This document shows positions 61,845-64,000 of a stretch of 64,000 bases of DNA, one piece after another. The notes under the pieces were generated by a model. It did no database searches and had not been told where the DNA came from. It worked only from the letters and a program-made list of their open reading frames with translations. The position numbers and the translations under genes were made by a program. The stretch comes from Marsupella aquatica (lineage: Eukaryota; Plantae; Marchantiophyta). Each line of letters starts with the position of its first letter. The first letter of the stretch is position 1. The DNA lies in the NCBI GenBank assembly GCA_973895155.1, contig OZ316894.1:7216234-7280233 (forward strand), given 5' to 3'.

Positions 61845-64000
61845 CACTAGTACATTTTTGGGCCTTTATCCGATGCCATCCATCGGATCCCTTCACGAAA
61901 GTTGCACACTAAATTTGGTACTTCCGATGTAACCCGCTTCGTATGTTCCCATTCTCCACATATCGGACACCGACCATCGGACAACCTTCGGACTTTCCGT
62001 TTCTCTCTACATCGGTATTTCCGAAGCAAACCATTTCAGACTATTTTGTATCCAATGCAAAGAGAGTCAGATATCCACTTGGGTGACCTTAATCGCAAAA
62101 CTTGGCGTCCGATACATATCATATCGGAATTTCCGTTACCTAGAGCTTCGCAATGTGCGTAATTTATAGCATCGGAGTTTCCGATGCGTTTAGTAACGCA
62201 ACATCCGTTGGATTATAGATCGGAAGGTCCAATGTTGCATGTATCGGACAATCCGAGTGGTTTCATATTGGATGGTCCGAAGTGGTCGGTATCGGACATT
62301 GGATTTTTGTCATGCTTGTTGGACGAGGGGTCCGATGCATTTAGTATAGGACTGTTCGAAGAGCAGAGTATCGGATGTCCCGATACTGAAAGCATGGGAT
62401 AATTAGGTGTTTTTCCGATGTATATTGCATTGGACTAGTAACGGACAAGGGTGATTCTTTCTTGATAGAAGAGTGGGCCTCATGGGGTTGGTATTTGAGG
62501 GTTTAGGGTTAGTTTCATGGTGAAATGGGCCAAATTGGGTTAAATTATGATTGATGCAAAAGAATGTTATATGTACAAGCTCAAAATGTCATATTCAAAA
62601 AGGGAAACCCCCTGGTATGTACAATATGTAGTAGCCTAGGTAGTTTACTATACTAGATGGTACATATATATGCTAGTATAAAATCTACCATGCACTACAT
62701 ATCTAGCTCATGCCACTAAGCTCTAAAAAGGTGTGTTGCATCCCTTCTTCTTCTTCGGGCAAGAACGAGGGGGTGGTACAGGTCCAGGAACACAAGACCC
62801 CTCATCTCTCTGGCTGCCCACAACTGTGGCAACCACCTGCTCACCAGTGGGTTGGCCTGATGCTGGCCGGGACCCTGACCCACTAGATGCACCGCTAGGA
62901 TGCTGAGGTGCAACAGATGCCTCTAAACCCCCTGACATAGCAAAGTGGAAGGAGCCATCTCCCCCTCCGGTAGACCTGTGAGAGTGATGGGATGCATCCC
63001 CTGCAGATGCTGTCTGTGGCCCATGCCGTGCGGTACTCCCACCAGACTCACGTGATGGCGCTCGCCCCCTAGAGCCACCATCCTCCATGTCACGACCCAC
63101 TTGTCGAGAAGAGCCAGGTGTACCGGATAGTACTCCAGAGCGATGGCCTGGTCCCGCGCCACCTCTACTACCCCCTGAGGGGCCGGGCCTCACACTCCGT
63201 GACACTCCCGACTGATGGGAGGCCACAACATGAACACCATGTGACCTACCCCTCTGTGCTGATGTGGGGGCAACATGAGGGATTGCAGGGGTAGGGGTAA
63301 CTCGGGGCACCCTCCCCGATCGCTCTGCCGCACCCTCTAAGGGCACCGACGCCTCAGAATCATATCCCTCCTCTCCCTCACCATTCTCTCCTTCTTCACC
63401 ATCACCCTCCTCCTCACCCTCACCCTCCTCTCCCTCATCAGACCCTGTCTCCTCATCCTGCACAATACATAAGTAGGGTTAAATTGCATTTGAAAACATA
63501 GTTCCTTGAAAGCTCTCTAATATTGACCACAACCAAAAACAATTTGAACCTATATAGGGCCAATTCAACACCAATTACCTCTCCCAACTCCTCCTCAAGG
63601 TGGAGCTTAAGAGCTCGGGGTCCATCCCTCTTTGCTAACTCCCTCTCTGACGGCCCAATAGGTCGACCCCAGTCCCACTCCTGACACATCACAATACCAA
63701 ACAAGAAACCCATTAGCATGAAAACTAGTCTTTGCATCGACCCAACTTTTCCCAATTCTTGTAAGGGGTCCCATGCCTTCTTAGGGTACTGAAGAATGCA
63801 AACCCATACCCCTAATTGAGTGAAACAGCAATATTTTAAAAAACCCGTTGTTCTTACGAGGGGTCCGATGCTGTTTCCGATACTTAAAGCAACGGAATAG
63901 TATCGGATCCCGGTAACCCTAAATGGCATAACAACAGGTCCGATACTAGGTCCGATGCTAAAAGCTTCGGATGAGTATCGGACAGAATAGTCCCGAGAGC
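61845..64000. mobile_element. CACTA element (CACTA-1 family), left end, runs off the window
   Basis: CACTAGTACATTTTTGGGCC..TCCGAT like 9518. Dense TCCGAT/ATCGGA repeats. Carries the 3' exons of the accessory gene. Confidence 0.9.
62723..63730 (-). CDS. 3' exons of the CACTA accessory (TnpA/ORF2-like) gene
   Basis: ERELAKRDGPRALKLHLEEELG exon, then an acidic and Gly/Ser-rich last exon ending KKKKGCNTPF*. Homologous to 10313-12400. Confidence 0.65.

Overview
Eukaryotic, land-plant-like heterochromatic DNA made almost entirely of nested, mostly degenerate transposons. A bryophyte or liverwort source is plausible but cannot be proven from the sequence, and I see no convincing host gene. The backbone is two diverged copies of a large DNA-transposon-like element: copy 1 at 1-6310, and copy 2 at about 7827-60720 once nested insertions are removed. 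Each has a DDE/D-type transposase-like gene on + (three Tnp1-like N-terminal repeats; the MDNSGKDNK and GHTHEDVD core motifs survive in copy 2). A divergent - strand gene encodes a ParB/Srx-like domain. In copy 2 it continues into an N4/N6-DNA-methyltransferase-like fold, apparently followed by an FCP1-type phosphatase domain. Each copy also carries many copies of a related 21-bp palindrome. Nested insertions are: two full-length CACTA elements (9518-31740, TSD TAG; 35931-46811, TSD ATT), each with a SET-domain exon that looks alternatively spliced with the transposase; further CACTA pieces (6929-7826, 55686-57652, 61845-end); two copies of a 4.7-kb TG..CA solo-LTR-like unit nearly filled by one ORF of about 1250 codons (18610-30211, 53403-60377); a very young gag-protease-only Athila-type LTR element (20949-27886); other solo-LTR-like pieces; and a MITE. 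All domain calls come from reading motifs by eye and need HMM or structure confirmation.
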